From Candidatus Obscuribacterales bacterium (GTDB lineage Bacteria > Cyanobacteriota > Vampirovibrionia > Obscuribacterales > Obscuribacteraceae), in assembly GCA_965228855.1 (NCBI GenBank), contig CBDDIJ010000005.1, positions 1,120,001-1,184,000 of the forward strand: DNA of 64,000 nt. The letters run 5' to 3'. The position numbers were made by a program, and so were the translations under genes. Below the pieces are notes generated by a model. That model worked only from the letters and a program-made list of their open reading frames with translations. It made no database searches and was not told where the DNA came from. Shown piece by piece: positions 10,310 through 20,277 of this stretch. Every line of letters begins with the position of its first letter. The first letter of the stretch is position 1.

Positions 10310-11416
10310 ATGAAAAGCCCCAAGAACAAAAAGAGACGAATAGATGACAGCAAAGAAAAGCTGCTCGCAGAAAAACGCAAACAGTTTGATCAAGCATACA
10401 AGAGTCTGGAAGTCGGAGAAGACAAGCTGTATGAGTGGCTTAGTCTAGCTGGGTCAATAATCTGTAAGCGATGCGAGGGAAATGAATTCACCAGATGTGA
10501 TGGCACTCGCAATATAATCTGCTTAAAGTGTCATAGCAGACAATCGTTCACTTCCAATACCTTTTTTCACAAGATGAAGAGAGCGACGACTCTCGAGTAC
10601 TTATTTCTGCTTACCTTACTAGACGAAGGTATCGAAGTAAGCGCGAGCGAGTTCGAGAGACACTCATCAGTCGCTTATTCCACAAGTCTCAACATGATCA
10701 AGAAATGCGCAATTGTTTTTGACAAAAAAATGCAGCAATCAGGTACGCGCTTAGCTCACTGCGTTCTTTTCGAAGAAATCGTTTTTCGAAGAAGCAAAGA
10801 AACTCCCGCAAGAGAGCATCCGAGAAGCGAACAAAAGCCGGTATCCGCAGAACAAACCTCCCAACCTGTCTCAGTAACCAGAACATTTACGAGTGTTGAG
10901 AGACAGCAATTACGCACGGTAACTGTCCCGGTTAACATGGCAAAACAAGTCGATTCGCTTTCGAATGATGAGCTCGAAATCCTTTCCTTGCTGGAAAATG
11001 GTCCGATGCTGATTGATCATCTCCACTACGAGTTCGGAAGCAGATTGAGTTTTAGAGATTTCACCAGCAAGCTCTCGTCGCTAGCTATCAAGGACTTCGT
11101 AGCAGACAATGGTCTGTACGTGATACGAACGAAAAAATCAATGGCATCCCCAAAGATCGTTGGGGCAAGTTTAAATCCAAGGTTGAAAGAGTCGCTAATC
11201 TTATTCATCCGAGATTCTTATCAAGGAATTAGTCAAAAAGCATCTCAACTATATTTTGCACTGCACTGGTTTTACATGAACCGGACTGCCTGGCGTAAAG
11301 GTAAGGTCTTCGATACCTTCATGAGATCCAGGCCAGTGACGGACAAAGAAGTATTAAACTACGTATCCGATCAAGTTCTTAGGATTTCGAAAACGTACAA
11401 TAAGTGCAGCGCATGA
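10310..11416 (+). CDS. IS1595-transposase-related protein (Zn ribbon, HTH, winged helix), apparently lacking the DDE core
   Basis: N-terminal CKRC..CLKCHSRQSFTSNTFF resembles the IS1595 Zn ribbon. C-terminal YQGISQKASQLY resembles IS1595 YHGVSxKHLQxY. No EVDETY, TD or HTN-IE motifs seen. Confidence 0.6.
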   Translation: MKSPKNKKRRIDDSKEKLLAEKRKQFDQAYKSLEVGEDKLYEWLSLAGSIICKRCEGNEFTRCDGTRNIICLKCHSRQSFTSNTFFHKMKRATTLEYLFLLTLLDEGIEVSASEFERHSSVAYSTSLNMIKKCAIVFDKKMQQSGTRLAHCVLFEEIVFRRSKETPAREHPRSEQKPVSAEQTSQPVSVTRTFTSVERQQLRTVTVPVNMAKQVDSLSNDELEILSLLENGPMLIDHLHYEFGSRLSFRDFTSKLSSLAIKDFVADNGLYVIRTKKSMASPKIVGASLNPRLKESLILFIRDSYQGISQKASQLYFALHWFYMNRTAWRKGKVFDTFMRSRPVTDKEVLNYVSDQVLRISKTYNKCSA

Positions 11417-11452
11417 TCAGCACGAGAGATGCAACAAGTTGAGTACTCATGC

Positions 11453-12216
11453 TTATAATCCTAGCGCGAGGAAGCCACCATCTACGGCAATAGTTTGGCC
11501 GGTGATGTATCCAGCTGCAGGCATGCAGAGAAACGAGACGAGTCCGGATACGTCTTCTGGCTCGCCGAGCCGGTTCATCGGTGTTCGCGATAAGACTCTG
11601 TCCATAAATTCCTCCTTGCCCAAAATCGGTTCAGTCAATGGAGTTTTGATAAACCAGGGCGCAACGCAATTGACACGGATTCCGTCAGTAGCCCATTCAA
11701 CGGCCAGTGAACGCGTCATCTGATCCATTGCGGCCTTTGTCATCGCATATGGTGCTCCTGTGGGTAACGCCCGCTGTCCAGCAACGGAGCCAAGATTGAC
11801 TAAGAGGCGCACATGCTGTTCTTCAAAAGCGGGTAGGCCAGGCGGCACATTTCAAATGTCGAGCGCAGATTAGTTTCAAGCAGAAACTCGTACTCCTCGT
11901 CGGAATATTCGATAGTTTTCTTGCGGACATTGGTTCCAACATTGTTTACAAGAACATCGATTCCGCCCATCGATTGAACTGCGAAATCTATTTACGCATT
12001 CCTTCCCGCTTTATTCGAAACGTCTCCAGCGACACCGAACATCCGGCGACGAAGTTTGTTTCCGACTTCAAGCGCTTCCTGGACGTCAGCGTCATTTCTC
12101 GCCACTATTGTAACTGTAGCGCCCAAGTCAGCAAGGTCATTTGCGACGGCGAGCCCAATACCCTTCGATGCGCCTGTTACGATCGCTCTTACGTTGTCCA
12201 GCCGGAACCGCTTCAT
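11453..12216 (-). pseudogene. Tropinone-reductase-like SDR disrupted by an in-frame TAA (11992-11994) and a 1-nt frameshift (about 11800-11805)
   Basis: TGASKGIG...GRNA*IDFAVQSMGGIDVLVNNVGTN...LKNSMCAS, then a frame change to LVNLGSVAG...YAMTK...IAVDGG. Joined, this gives a complete SDR of about 254 aa. Confidence 0.85.
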
Positions 12217-12275
12217 ATTTGACTCCTCCAGGTTAGAAGCTCATCACTATAACAGGAGTTTAACTCTATAGCAGT

Positions 12276-12330
12276 AACCGATATCGGTTCGAGGAAAAGG
12301 ATCAGCGCTAGCGCTAAACCGATATCGGTT
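12276..12330. repeat. Two exact AACCGATATCGGTT palindromes 41 bp apart
   Basis: 12276-12289 and 12317-12330, just downstream of stop 12349. Confidence 0.9.
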
Positions 12331-12348
12331 CTGGATAACCGAGAGCTG

Positions 12349-14562
12349 CTAGTCGCGCAGATCGGCGCTACGAATACGCGTATAGTTCTTATTTGCGGCG
12401 TGAATCATTGCATTTTGAGCAGCATGAAACAATGATGCTAAATCGCGAGCGTCATCTGGAACTCCGGCTATGCCGAAGTGAAGAATAGGCCAATAGCCTC
12501 GCAGTTTTGAGGCAAGTTTCGGTAAATCGGCGACGATGCGATCAACCAGCGCATGAGACTGGTTCGTTCCAACCCCAGGAAGAATTAGACCGAACGCCTT
12601 ATCTCCTACATGTCCAAACACGTCAACATCGCGCTTGATTTGAGAGATCGCTTGAGTTGCCAGAGAAAGCGAATTCATCGGCATCACGGATGCCGATGGA
12701 TTCGGTCTTGAAGCGTCGCCGCCACCTAATCGAATGCAAAATACAAGAAGCGAAAATTCAGAACTAAATCTAAATGCCCGGGCAAATTCTCGCTCAAGCA
12801 TGAACTGAAACGCCGGATAAGTCAGCGCTCCTGTCTGACTATCAGTGAGCGAAGTAAAAACAGACTTGACCGAATTAGAATCGAAATCAAGTAAGTTGGT
12901 TGGCACGCCAACCTCGAATAAGTCACGGCTTTGGGGCGATCCGGTGAGCGCTGGAGAAGAAAGCGCCGTCTGGCGTCCGGAAAGCTCTTGCGCGAATTGC
13001 GGCACGTTTGGAACAAAATTGGGACTGTGGGCTACCGTTGAATCATCACCAGATACGGTATCAGATGTTACGCCACCCGACGCTGGCGATTGGCCAACGT
13101 TAAATGTTGGAGTTTGGTCTCCACTTACCCTAAACGCTGGCGCAGCAATCTGGTTAGGCACCGATGTAGTAGCGCCGGCTGGCAGCACCCCGTTTGACGC
13201 ACTGAAAGAAGGCACATCCGGAGCGGATTTAACTTCTGATGGCAAGTTCGGAGCCCCTGCACCGAAGCCGGCTCCGCCAAAGAACCCGGCCGGAGGTTTC
13301 AAAGCCGTTTGAGCGCCAGACTGTGCCTGCACTTGAGCATTCGCAAAAGCATCTGAAGAAGCAGAGTGGGCGACTTGTCGGAGCGAACGTCCATCCGGAG
13401 TCAATACCAGACCCAGGCGAAGGAAATTTACCGCTATCGCAAACAATCGACCAGAGTCTAACGATACTCGCTCCCCGACTTCTTTCAAGCTCAGCTGTCC
13501 ATCAAGGGTTGTGTAGAAGGCGCGCTGAACTTTGAAACCGTAATCGATGCCATCTTTCAATCGTTCCTCAAGCTGGTCTTCAGACAAACCGATTGGAGGC
13601 CTCGACAATACGGAATTATCATCCATTCCATTTTTCAGCAAGAATCCAAGATTCTCCAGCAGTATAGAGCCCTGCTTCAAAATTTCTTCAGTGCTGTCTT
13701 GTACAGAAGCGGTATCAGGCTGAATACCCTCTGTAAACGACGCTGAACCATCCTGCCAGATGAAGATCTCCAGAATTGCATCTGTCCCTACCTTGTCAGT
13801 GGTGTAGGCGTGAATCGGCCGTCCCAAGCCGAACTGAACTACTATTGTGCGATTGCGCTCATTCGTCACCCGAAGTTCGCCGGTGATTTCCGATTGCTGG
13901 GCAGTTTGGAGTAACCAGGCGATCGGACGCAGCTTCAAGCTTCCGGTCATCAATCGCATCGTAGAAGACCCAGCACTATCTGCCGGTGCAGGTGCGGCGG
14001 CTACAGCTCGCTCCTCCTCAATCGTAGGCGCTTGAATTAATTCCGCGCTAGTGCTGCTTCGCTTGAAGCGATCACCCAGCGACGTCGACTTATGCTCTTT
14101 CTCCCTCTCCGCTTTTGCCTTATCCTCAGCCGTTTCTTCCAGAGGATGTTTCGCTCCAACCGCAGCTAGGAGGTGCGGATAGATGACCGCGATATCTTTG
14201 GTCTTGTGAAACCAGACCATTTTGGTTCCAACTATATTCTCTTCGTGAAGCCACCATTCTATGTCCTCACCGTCACTCTCTTTGCAGTGAATACTCAGGG
14301 TGTATTTCTTAAAATCCTTCGGGATTTCCCAGAGGTAATTGTGCTTGATCCCGAACATAGCCCGTGCTTTTTCGATGATTTCGTTGAGCTGCTCAATTGT
14401 CGGGTGCGTCTCCACCCGATAATTTTGGTTCGGAATACTAGAAAGCTTGTGCCCAAACATAACGCCAACCAATTGAGACCCCATAAAGTTATGCCCGTTA
14501 CTTGCGGCTGTTAATGCGGGACTGGTTGCATGCGCGAAAAGTCCCCCGGACATATCGCTCAA
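12349..14562 (-). CDS. DUF4388 (PatA-N-like) plus degenerate GGDEF-domain protein
   Basis: GSLKLRPIAWLLQ...TGELRV...GRPIHA...WQDGSASF. C-terminal DSQTGAL...KRDVDVFGHVGDKAFGLILP. Start codon uncertain. Confidence 0.75.
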   Translation of the reverse strand: MSDMSGGLFAHATSPALTAASNGHNFMGSQLVGVMFGHKLSSIPNQNYRVETHPTIEQLNEIIEKARAMFGIKHNYLWEIPKDFKKYTLSIHCKESDGEDIEWWLHEENIVGTKMVWFHKTKDIAVIYPHLLAAVGAKHPLEETAEDKAKAEREKEHKSTSLGDRFKRSSTSAELIQAPTIEEERAVAAAPAPADSAGSSTMRLMTGSLKLRPIAWLLQTAQQSEITGELRVTNERNRTIVVQFGLGRPIHAYTTDKVGTDAILEIFIWQDGSASFTEGIQPDTASVQDSTEEILKQGSILLENLGFLLKNGMDDNSVLSRPPIGLSEDQLEERLKDGIDYGFKVQRAFYTTLDGQLSLKEVGERVSLDSGRLFAIAVNFLRLGLVLTPDGRSLRQVAHSASSDAFANAQVQAQSGAQTALKPPAGFFGGAGFGAGAPNLPSEVKSAPDVPSFSASNGVLPAGATTSVPNQIAAPAFRVSGDQTPTFNVGQSPASGGVTSDTVSGDDSTVAHSPNFVPNVPQFAQELSGRQTALSSPALTGSPQSRDLFEVGVPTNLLDFDSNSVKSVFTSLTDSQTGALTYPAFQFMLEREFARAFRFSSEFSLLVFCIRLGGGDASRPNPSASVMPMNSLSLATQAISQIKRDVDVFGHVGDKAFGLILPGVGTNQSHALVDRIVADLPKLASKLRGYWPILHFGIAGVPDDARDLASLFHAAQNAMIHAANKNYTRIRSADLRD

Positions 14563-14652
14563 GCTTGATGGGCCTATGAATACCGAATCGTTTCCTCAAG
14601 CATTCAGGTCGCATATTTTCACAAGACACCCTTAAATCGGCCTACGTTCTTA

Positions 14653-14681
14653 GGCGCTCAATTTGCTTATGCTTGAGCGCC
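14653..14681. promoter_or_regulatory. Inverted repeat GGCGCTCAA-N11-TTGAGCGCC in a divergent promoter region (possible operator or hairpin)
   Basis: Perfect 9-bp arms read directly; function not established. Confidence 0.35.
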
Positions 14682-14758
14682 ATGGGATGAACGAGAAAAG
14701 TATCTTGTTTTAAGCTAGAGTAAATAGAGTGCTACCTCAAGCCTCGTGGAAATCGTGA

Positions 14759-15742
14759 ATGCTGCCTCCAGAAAACGTTCCACCCGGTCTCAGCCACGCC
14801 GAATACTTAAAACTGCAGCTACGTTACAACTCGATTGGCTGGATGAGACAGTCAGCCAGAGCAATGCACCTGGCCGTCACGAATCAGCCCGACAACGAGT
14901 CCATGAGCGAAGAAGCCAAAAAACGAGCGGGCGCCCTTTTCGATGCTCTCGAAAAGGCTTTGATCTTGAACGAGTTTTCAGAGGAAGTTCAAAAACAATT
15001 CAATGGAATTTGCGATTTTACTCTCTCGGAAGCTGACAAATTCCTAGACAATATTCAGTACGTCAAACAGGCAAAAGACGGTTTGAAATCCGCCTTTACG
15101 CTGGTCACACAAACCGTTCAAGAGACGATCGATAACTCCCTTGAACGAACGCTCTTACCTGCTTTGGGACTTCCACTGGACCGAGTTATCGAGGGAAAAA
15201 CAGCCGACGAGTACTTTCAACTCGCTCAGCGATATGAGCAGATCGGCGCTTGTGAGCCGGCTCGTGAGTGTGCTCAGAGAGTCCTGGACATGGAACTCAA
15301 GAAGGATACGCAACTTGCTAATCGCGCTCAACGCTTCATGAAGGGCAGGTTGCCCGCGCGTAAAATTAGTCACGATGCCATGCTCAAGCACATGAGCGCC
15401 TTGCGATATACGGTCATGCAAAAGGAAGATAAAGCCAAGAACATATTTGCAGAACTTGAGGTTAAACATCCAAACTTTGAATGGCCATTGATACCGCTGG
15501 CGGCACTAGAGTTGAAAGCCGGAAATTTAGATCGGTGCAAATACTTGCTAAATCGAGCACAACAAGTCAACCCTGGCTTTATCAAGATGTGGTGCGCTAA
15601 GGGGCGATTGGCTATCGCAGAATGGTTCTTACTCGACCTGGATTACTGCGTGGAGCGGGCGACTAGCCTGGATTCGTTCGACCCTCAAACCAAAGCGCTC
15701 GCAAACATTCAACAATTCGTAAATCAAAACGGTTTGCGTTAG
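14759..15742 (+). CDS. TPR-containing protein
   Basis: C-terminal TPR-like helices (AQQVNPGFIKMW, ATSLDSFD). Confidence 0.7.
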   Translation: MLPPENVPPGLSHAEYLKLQLRYNSIGWMRQSARAMHLAVTNQPDNESMSEEAKKRAGALFDALEKALILNEFSEEVQKQFNGICDFTLSEADKFLDNIQYVKQAKDGLKSAFTLVTQTVQETIDNSLERTLLPALGLPLDRVIEGKTADEYFQLAQRYEQIGACEPARECAQRVLDMELKKDTQLANRAQRFMKGRLPARKISHDAMLKHMSALRYTVMQKEDKAKNIFAELEVKHPNFEWPLIPLAALELKAGNLDRCKYLLNRAQQVNPGFIKMWCAKGRLAIAEWFLLDLDYCVERATSLDSFDPQTKALANIQQFVNQNGLR

Positions 15743-15753
15743 TTCGTTTTCTG

Positions 15754-15816
15754 AACCGATATCGGTTTATGAACCACTTGCATACGAAAATGTCTCAGCT
15801 TGAACGGATATCGGTT
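15754..15816. repeat. Two palindrome copies (15754 exact, 15803 one mismatch) between convergent genes
   Basis: Read directly. Confidence 0.9.
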
Positions 15817-15835
15817 CAAGAAAAAAACAACTTCA

Positions 15836-16966
15836 CTACTTCAAATCATAAACCGGCTTTTCAGCGGGCTTCGATTTTAGCTTACTCGCTTCGGACAGGT
15901 CTTGCGCGGCAAGGTCTCTTTTTCCTAGTTTCGCGTACAGCTTAGCGCGTGCCTCCAATGCGGCTCGCGCGTACTCGGGCGACATGTTAATCGCCAGAGT
16001 GTAGTCGGATATGGCCCGCTCATTCTGGTTTATCCTGGCGTAGATATCGCCGCGTAGCCGAACGGCGTCATCGTCCGATTTATCGTAATCGGCAACCTTT
16101 GAAATTTCGGCAAGCGCTTCTTTGTAGCGACCGAGCTTTAGAAAAAGCTTGGCGCGTTCAGTTAAAGCAATCGTGCTATCCGGGTTTTTCGCATTACAAA
16201 CCGCCAGGTCACGAAGTGCGTCTTCATCTCGTCCTAACTGCTGAAATAGGTTCGCCCTCATGTAATAGCCCATCGACTTGTCCGGAGCTAGCTCTATGAA
16301 GTTGTTCAAATCAATTAGCGCCTCTTTTCGTTTTCCAACAGTTTGATACAGCGACGCTCTGCATCGCAGCAAGTCCTTGTCCGAACAGACCTTGATACCG
16401 TAGCTGGCAGCTTCGATAGCTCTATCGTAGTCCTTCTTCGCGTCGTACAGTTTCGCCAGTGCCGAAAACAACTCGGCTGATTGATATCCGAGTTCGCGTG
16501 CCTTCTCGAGGTCTTTGATGGCATCTGACTCCTCACCAAAGGCTGAATAAAAAATTCCGGCCCCCCTTATGAAATGAGCTTCCGCATTCTGCGGTTCCGT
16601 TTTCAACACATAGTTCGCCAGCTCATATGCCCGTTCGTAATTCTTCTTGTTCAATGCATCCTTGGCCGCGATCAAGCATTCTCGGGGTTTTGTTATAAGC
16701 GCCCTGTCTTCCGGATTGAGCCTCCTCGATTTTCTCTCCTTTTCATATTCGTCGTACCAATCGCCTGTTAACTGCATTCGTCTGGCAGACTGTTTAGGTC
16801 TTGAATCAACGTTCTTATCAAAACTGCAACCTACAATCAACGCGCAAACGGGAAGCAAAACAGCAGCAATGCCTATCCCCGCGGATGAAGCGCCAGCGGA
16901 AAAACAAACCCGACGGTCAGCCGTGCGGGCTCCCGATAACGTCTTCTTCTCGTCGATGACAGGCAT
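15836..16966 (-). CDS. TPR-repeat protein, probable lipoprotein
   Basis: Lipobox-like LIVGC followed by about eight TPRs (AISDYTLAINMSPE). Confidence 0.85.
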   Translation of the reverse strand: MPVIDEKKTLSGARTADRRVCFSAGASSAGIGIAAVLLPVCALIVGCSFDKNVDSRPKQSARRMQLTGDWYDEYEKERKSRRLNPEDRALITKPRECLIAAKDALNKKNYERAYELANYVLKTEPQNAEAHFIRGAGIFYSAFGEESDAIKDLEKARELGYQSAELFSALAKLYDAKKDYDRAIEAASYGIKVCSDKDLLRCRASLYQTVGKRKEALIDLNNFIELAPDKSMGYYMRANLFQQLGRDEDALRDLAVCNAKNPDSTIALTERAKLFLKLGRYKEALAEISKVADYDKSDDDAVRLRGDIYARINQNERAISDYTLAINMSPEYARAALEARAKLYAKLGKRDLAAQDLSEASKLKSKPAEKPVYDLK

Positions 16967-17075
16967 CGAGTCTCATTCCTTGCGCGTGTGGATTTTCGGA
17001 ATGCCTGTCAAAACAGAGCGTCAACGCATCAGATTGACTTGAACATTTCCATCTTATCCCATGCCGCCAGGGATG

Positions 17076-18782
17076 CTAACGCTTGGTTGTTGCTCTCTTC
17101 AAGAGTTCAGCTCGACGTTTAGCTGCAGCATCAGCAGCCGCTTGGTCGGGGTCGCCTTCGGTCTTGCTGTCTTCAGCAGGCGGCGGGGCTGCTTCCGGCG
17201 CTGCTGGAACTGCTTCCGGCGCGACTGGAACTGCTTCCGGCGCGACTGGAACTGCTTCCGGCGCTGCTGGAACTACTTCCGGCGAGGCTGGAATTGCTTC
17301 CGGCGCTGCTGGAACTGCTTCCGGCGCGGCTGGAGTTGTCGGCTTCGGCTGGAGATCAGTGTACTGAGGAGCGAACGGGTCGTCCATGACCGCCGATGGA
17401 GGTGCTGGGACTTCCTGCTGTTTCTTCACTGCTTCGTCAGTCAATCGCTTCAGCTCATCGTAAAACTTACTGGACTTATCGAGCTTCGCAAGTTTTTCGG
17501 GATTGTCCTTAAACATTTCCTGTAGAACTGCATCGAGTCGTGGCGCTTTGCCATCAGCAGCTTCCGCCTTCTTCTTAGCTTGCTCGGTCAGAGCGGTATC
17601 CAGCTCCTCGGTCGTCAACGCCCCCGTCCCGACAAGAGCGGCTCCGACTCTGGGATACGGCTTCTCAAGATCAGCATCCGTCAGCGTGCCAGCCTTCACT
17701 TCCTTCTCGACCTGAGCTTTCATTGCATCGCGAATAGCCTTAGGATCGCCCTCGACTCCGGCAGTCGCAGCAGCGTCTTTCACAATTGCTTCAGCAGGAA
17801 CATTCTTTTCCACTTTCGCAGCCAGTGCGGCTTGCCGTTCAGCCTCAGCTCTTGCTTCGGCTTCCTTGACTGCAGCTTCGGCGCTCTGACGCAATGCCTG
17901 CTCCTGTTTGGCCATCATCTCCTTCATCTGTTCAGGAGACCAGCGGCTCGTCGGTTCGCCAACGATGTACCAATTACGAGGATTTCCGTTCTTATCCTTC
18001 AAAACCTTGAAGTCACGATCTCGAATTTCCCGTGCTTCTTTGGTGACCTGGTCAGGGTCCAACTTGAGTAAAGCTTCTTCCTGCGGAGTCAGGGTTTTCC
18101 CTTCCTTCTGCTTTTTGGCGGCCTCTTGCTGCTGCCGAGTTATGGCGCCCCAGGGTCCTTCACCCTTGGCAAATTGGATGCTGTAGTTTTCACCTTCGAG
18201 TTTCTTCTGAAACTCAGCCATTTTCTCTTGAATTTCCTTTTCCACGGCATCGGGCAACTTCACCCCGTCCGCGGGCTTCAATGCGCTGTATTCAGGATTT
18301 AAAGCACTTTCAGGCGACAGCGGTGCCGGCGGTACAGTATCACCGGTGGTGGCTTGTTCTTTGGGCTTATCGGCGCCTGGAGCTACGCGCACGGTGCCCT
18401 CAGGAGGGGCTTCCGCACTCGGAGCGGGCTCTACCTTCTTAAGTGCGCCACGGGCCGGATCAACAACGATCTCCTCGTTCCCTTTGGCTACTGTCGACTC
18501 GCCAGGTTTCGCAGCGGCAGGATCGGTAAACAGTATGCTGTCTCCATCGACAGTCGCTCGATTAAGTCCCTGCGTGTCAGTCGCTCCGGGCGCTGTCAGC
18601 GTCCGGGCGCTTTCCGGCGAAGCCATATCGACGACGGGCTGACCGGAACCGGGTGGAGGCACCGCAGCCTCGGTAGCATCTGTGGGCTGCCCCTGTGTTT
18701 TATCTCCACGTTGGTCCTGCAAAATCGTTTCAGACGCGTCCGGTTTGGGTGCTTGCGTCCCGTTTTTATCTTGGCCGTCCAT
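17076..18782 (-). CDS. Large Pro/Ala/Glu-rich protein with one MshEN-like motif and heptad repeats
   Basis: GAGG RBS before ATG 18782; RVGAALVGTGALTTEELDTALTEQ; PEAVPAA-like unit seven times. Confidence 0.75.
   Translation of the reverse strand: MDGQDKNGTQAPKPDASETILQDQRGDKTQGQPTDATEAAVPPPGSGQPVVDMASPESARTLTAPGATDTQGLNRATVDGDSILFTDPAAAKPGESTVAKGNEEIVVDPARGALKKVEPAPSAEAPPEGTVRVAPGADKPKEQATTGDTVPPAPLSPESALNPEYSALKPADGVKLPDAVEKEIQEKMAEFQKKLEGENYSIQFAKGEGPWGAITRQQQEAAKKQKEGKTLTPQEEALLKLDPDQVTKEAREIRDRDFKVLKDKNGNPRNWYIVGEPTSRWSPEQMKEMMAKQEQALRQSAEAAVKEAEARAEAERQAALAAKVEKNVPAEAIVKDAAATAGVEGDPKAIRDAMKAQVEKEVKAGTLTDADLEKPYPRVGAALVGTGALTTEELDTALTEQAKKKAEAADGKAPRLDAVLQEMFKDNPEKLAKLDKSSKFYDELKRLTDEAVKKQQEVPAPPSAVMDDPFAPQYTDLQPKPTTPAAPEAVPAAPEAIPASPEVVPAAPEAVPVAPEAVPVAPEAVPAAPEAAPPPAEDSKTEGDPDQAAADAAAKRRAELLKRATTKR
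17191..17337. repeat. Coding tandem repeat, 7 x 21 bp (GCTTCCGGCGCTGCTGGAACT)
   Basis: Seven near-identical units encoding PEAVPAA-like heptads on the minus strand. Confidence 0.9.
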
Positions 18783-18969
18783 CAAAAAAATCCTCAAGCG
18801 AGCGGTAAAAAGGCGAGTATTACGATGGTCTTATCAAACAGCCTAACAGTCCATACGTAATATCCGCAAAACAAAGTGTCCAAAAATCGCGACTACGCTC
18901 AATCCCCGGCTCATCAGAGTTCCGAACGTCGCGCCAATATCGAAACTTTGACACACGGACCGACAGATC

Positions 18970-20277
18970 TCACGACGATCTCAGAGCCTTAACCCAAGTC
19001 CACTGCATCCGGGTCGGAACATTTACACCAAGACTGGCAAAGGCAATTTCAAGCGGAGCCTTTTCACGCACGCAATGATTAAGCAGCTGAATCGCCTTCT
19101 CCCCGGGCAGATAGCCAAGCCCAACCAGAGCCTTCAACCTCAGCGCCGTCACAACAGCTTGCTCGCTCAGGACATTTGCATGCAGAAGTGCCGCACCTTG
19201 CTCACCCCAAGTGGTCGCTGTCGCCGGGATCACACGTTCAACAGTATCTCGGCTTGAAACACCAGCTTCAACTATAAGGTCAGCAAGCGAAATTGTGTCC
19301 TCGATTTCGTTACCTCTGGGCATAGAAACAGATTCGACATCGACCCCCTGACGCACCACGCTCACCAGAGCCTCGGCGGCTTCATACGGTTTTAGCTTGC
19401 CCTCCTGCGTCAAGCTCATCAAGGTGGATGCAGACTGAACTTGTTGCGCGGTTACGAGTCCTCGCTCAAGAATAATTTGACCAAACGGTTTTCGCTTAAA
19501 TAGTTCTATCTCATAACATTCAGCGAGATCTTCTCTCGAGATTAAGCCCGCGAGAAGGAAAAGCTCACCCATACGAATGTTCCGAACTTGAGAATGTTGC
19601 ATGAAATCGAGTTCGAATAGCGACTGCTCAAACGAAATACGCCGTTGCCGGGCATACCTCAACGCCTGGGCAGCATTATTCTTACTCAGCAGGTCTTCGC
19701 GTATGAGCACTATGGCATTGAGCGCGCCAAGCAATTCTTCGGTGGACACTTTATTGTCTAACAGCAACAAATGACCGACCATCATTGCCGAGTCCATCGA
19801 AAGTTTGACGAACCGTCCAAGATCTTCACTGGTAATGAACTTGGCAGCTAACAATAAACTGGTAAGCTCGTTCGTCACTGAAACCGAAATCTGGGTTGCC
19901 TGGTGCAATTTCTGAACTGATGCAATTGCCTCAGGCAGACTCAAGCGACGCTGCAACGCGACGCGCATGGCTCTAATTGCCAGGTCAGAAGAAATCTCGT
20001 TTGCTAAAACCTTTTCTTGCGCTTGAACAGAGAGTTGCAAACTGTGCTCCGTGAGCAGACCAGCATGAGACACAGCCGTTAACAGTGGAATATTCTCGAA
20101 TTCCGAAACTTCATTAGCTCGAGCATATTCCTCACGCGTCACCAAACCGCTGCCCAAAAGGAGTTGCACCAGTACCTTAACTTCGTTTCCGACCCGCGGC
20201 TCGCTTTGCAAAATTTCCTCCGACATCTCTGCGGCGTCATATCCGCAAGAGCAAGTGGACGGTTCCAGATATCGCAT
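18970..20277 (-). CDS. Protein made almost entirely of MshEN-like repeats
   Basis: LVQLLLGSGLVT, RMGELFLLAGLISREDL, FGQIILERGLVTAQQV, LADLIVEAGV. Start may be 20226. Confidence 0.75.
   Translation of the reverse strand: MRYLEPSTCSCGYDAAEMSEEILQSEPRVGNEVKVLVQLLLGSGLVTREEYARANEVSEFENIPLLTAVSHAGLLTEHSLQLSVQAQEKVLANEISSDLAIRAMRVALQRRLSLPEAIASVQKLHQATQISVSVTNELTSLLLAAKFITSEDLGRFVKLSMDSAMMVGHLLLLDNKVSTEELLGALNAIVLIREDLLSKNNAAQALRYARQRRISFEQSLFELDFMQHSQVRNIRMGELFLLAGLISREDLAECYEIELFKRKPFGQIILERGLVTAQQVQSASTLMSLTQEGKLKPYEAAEALVSVVRQGVDVESVSMPRGNEIEDTISLADLIVEAGVSSRDTVERVIPATATTWGEQGAALLHANVLSEQAVVTALRLKALVGLGYLPGEKAIQLLNHCVREKAPLEIAFASLGVNVPTRMQWTWVKALRSS

Noticed and set aside
10065..11452. Intact IS1595 insertion sequence
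   Set aside because: No terminal inverted repeats, target duplication or DDE motifs were found.
17061..17525. Plus-strand ORF with RRCWNCF repeats resembling a Cys-rich peptide precursor
   Set aside because: It is the antisense reading of the 21-bp PEAVPAA repeat in the minus-strand gene.
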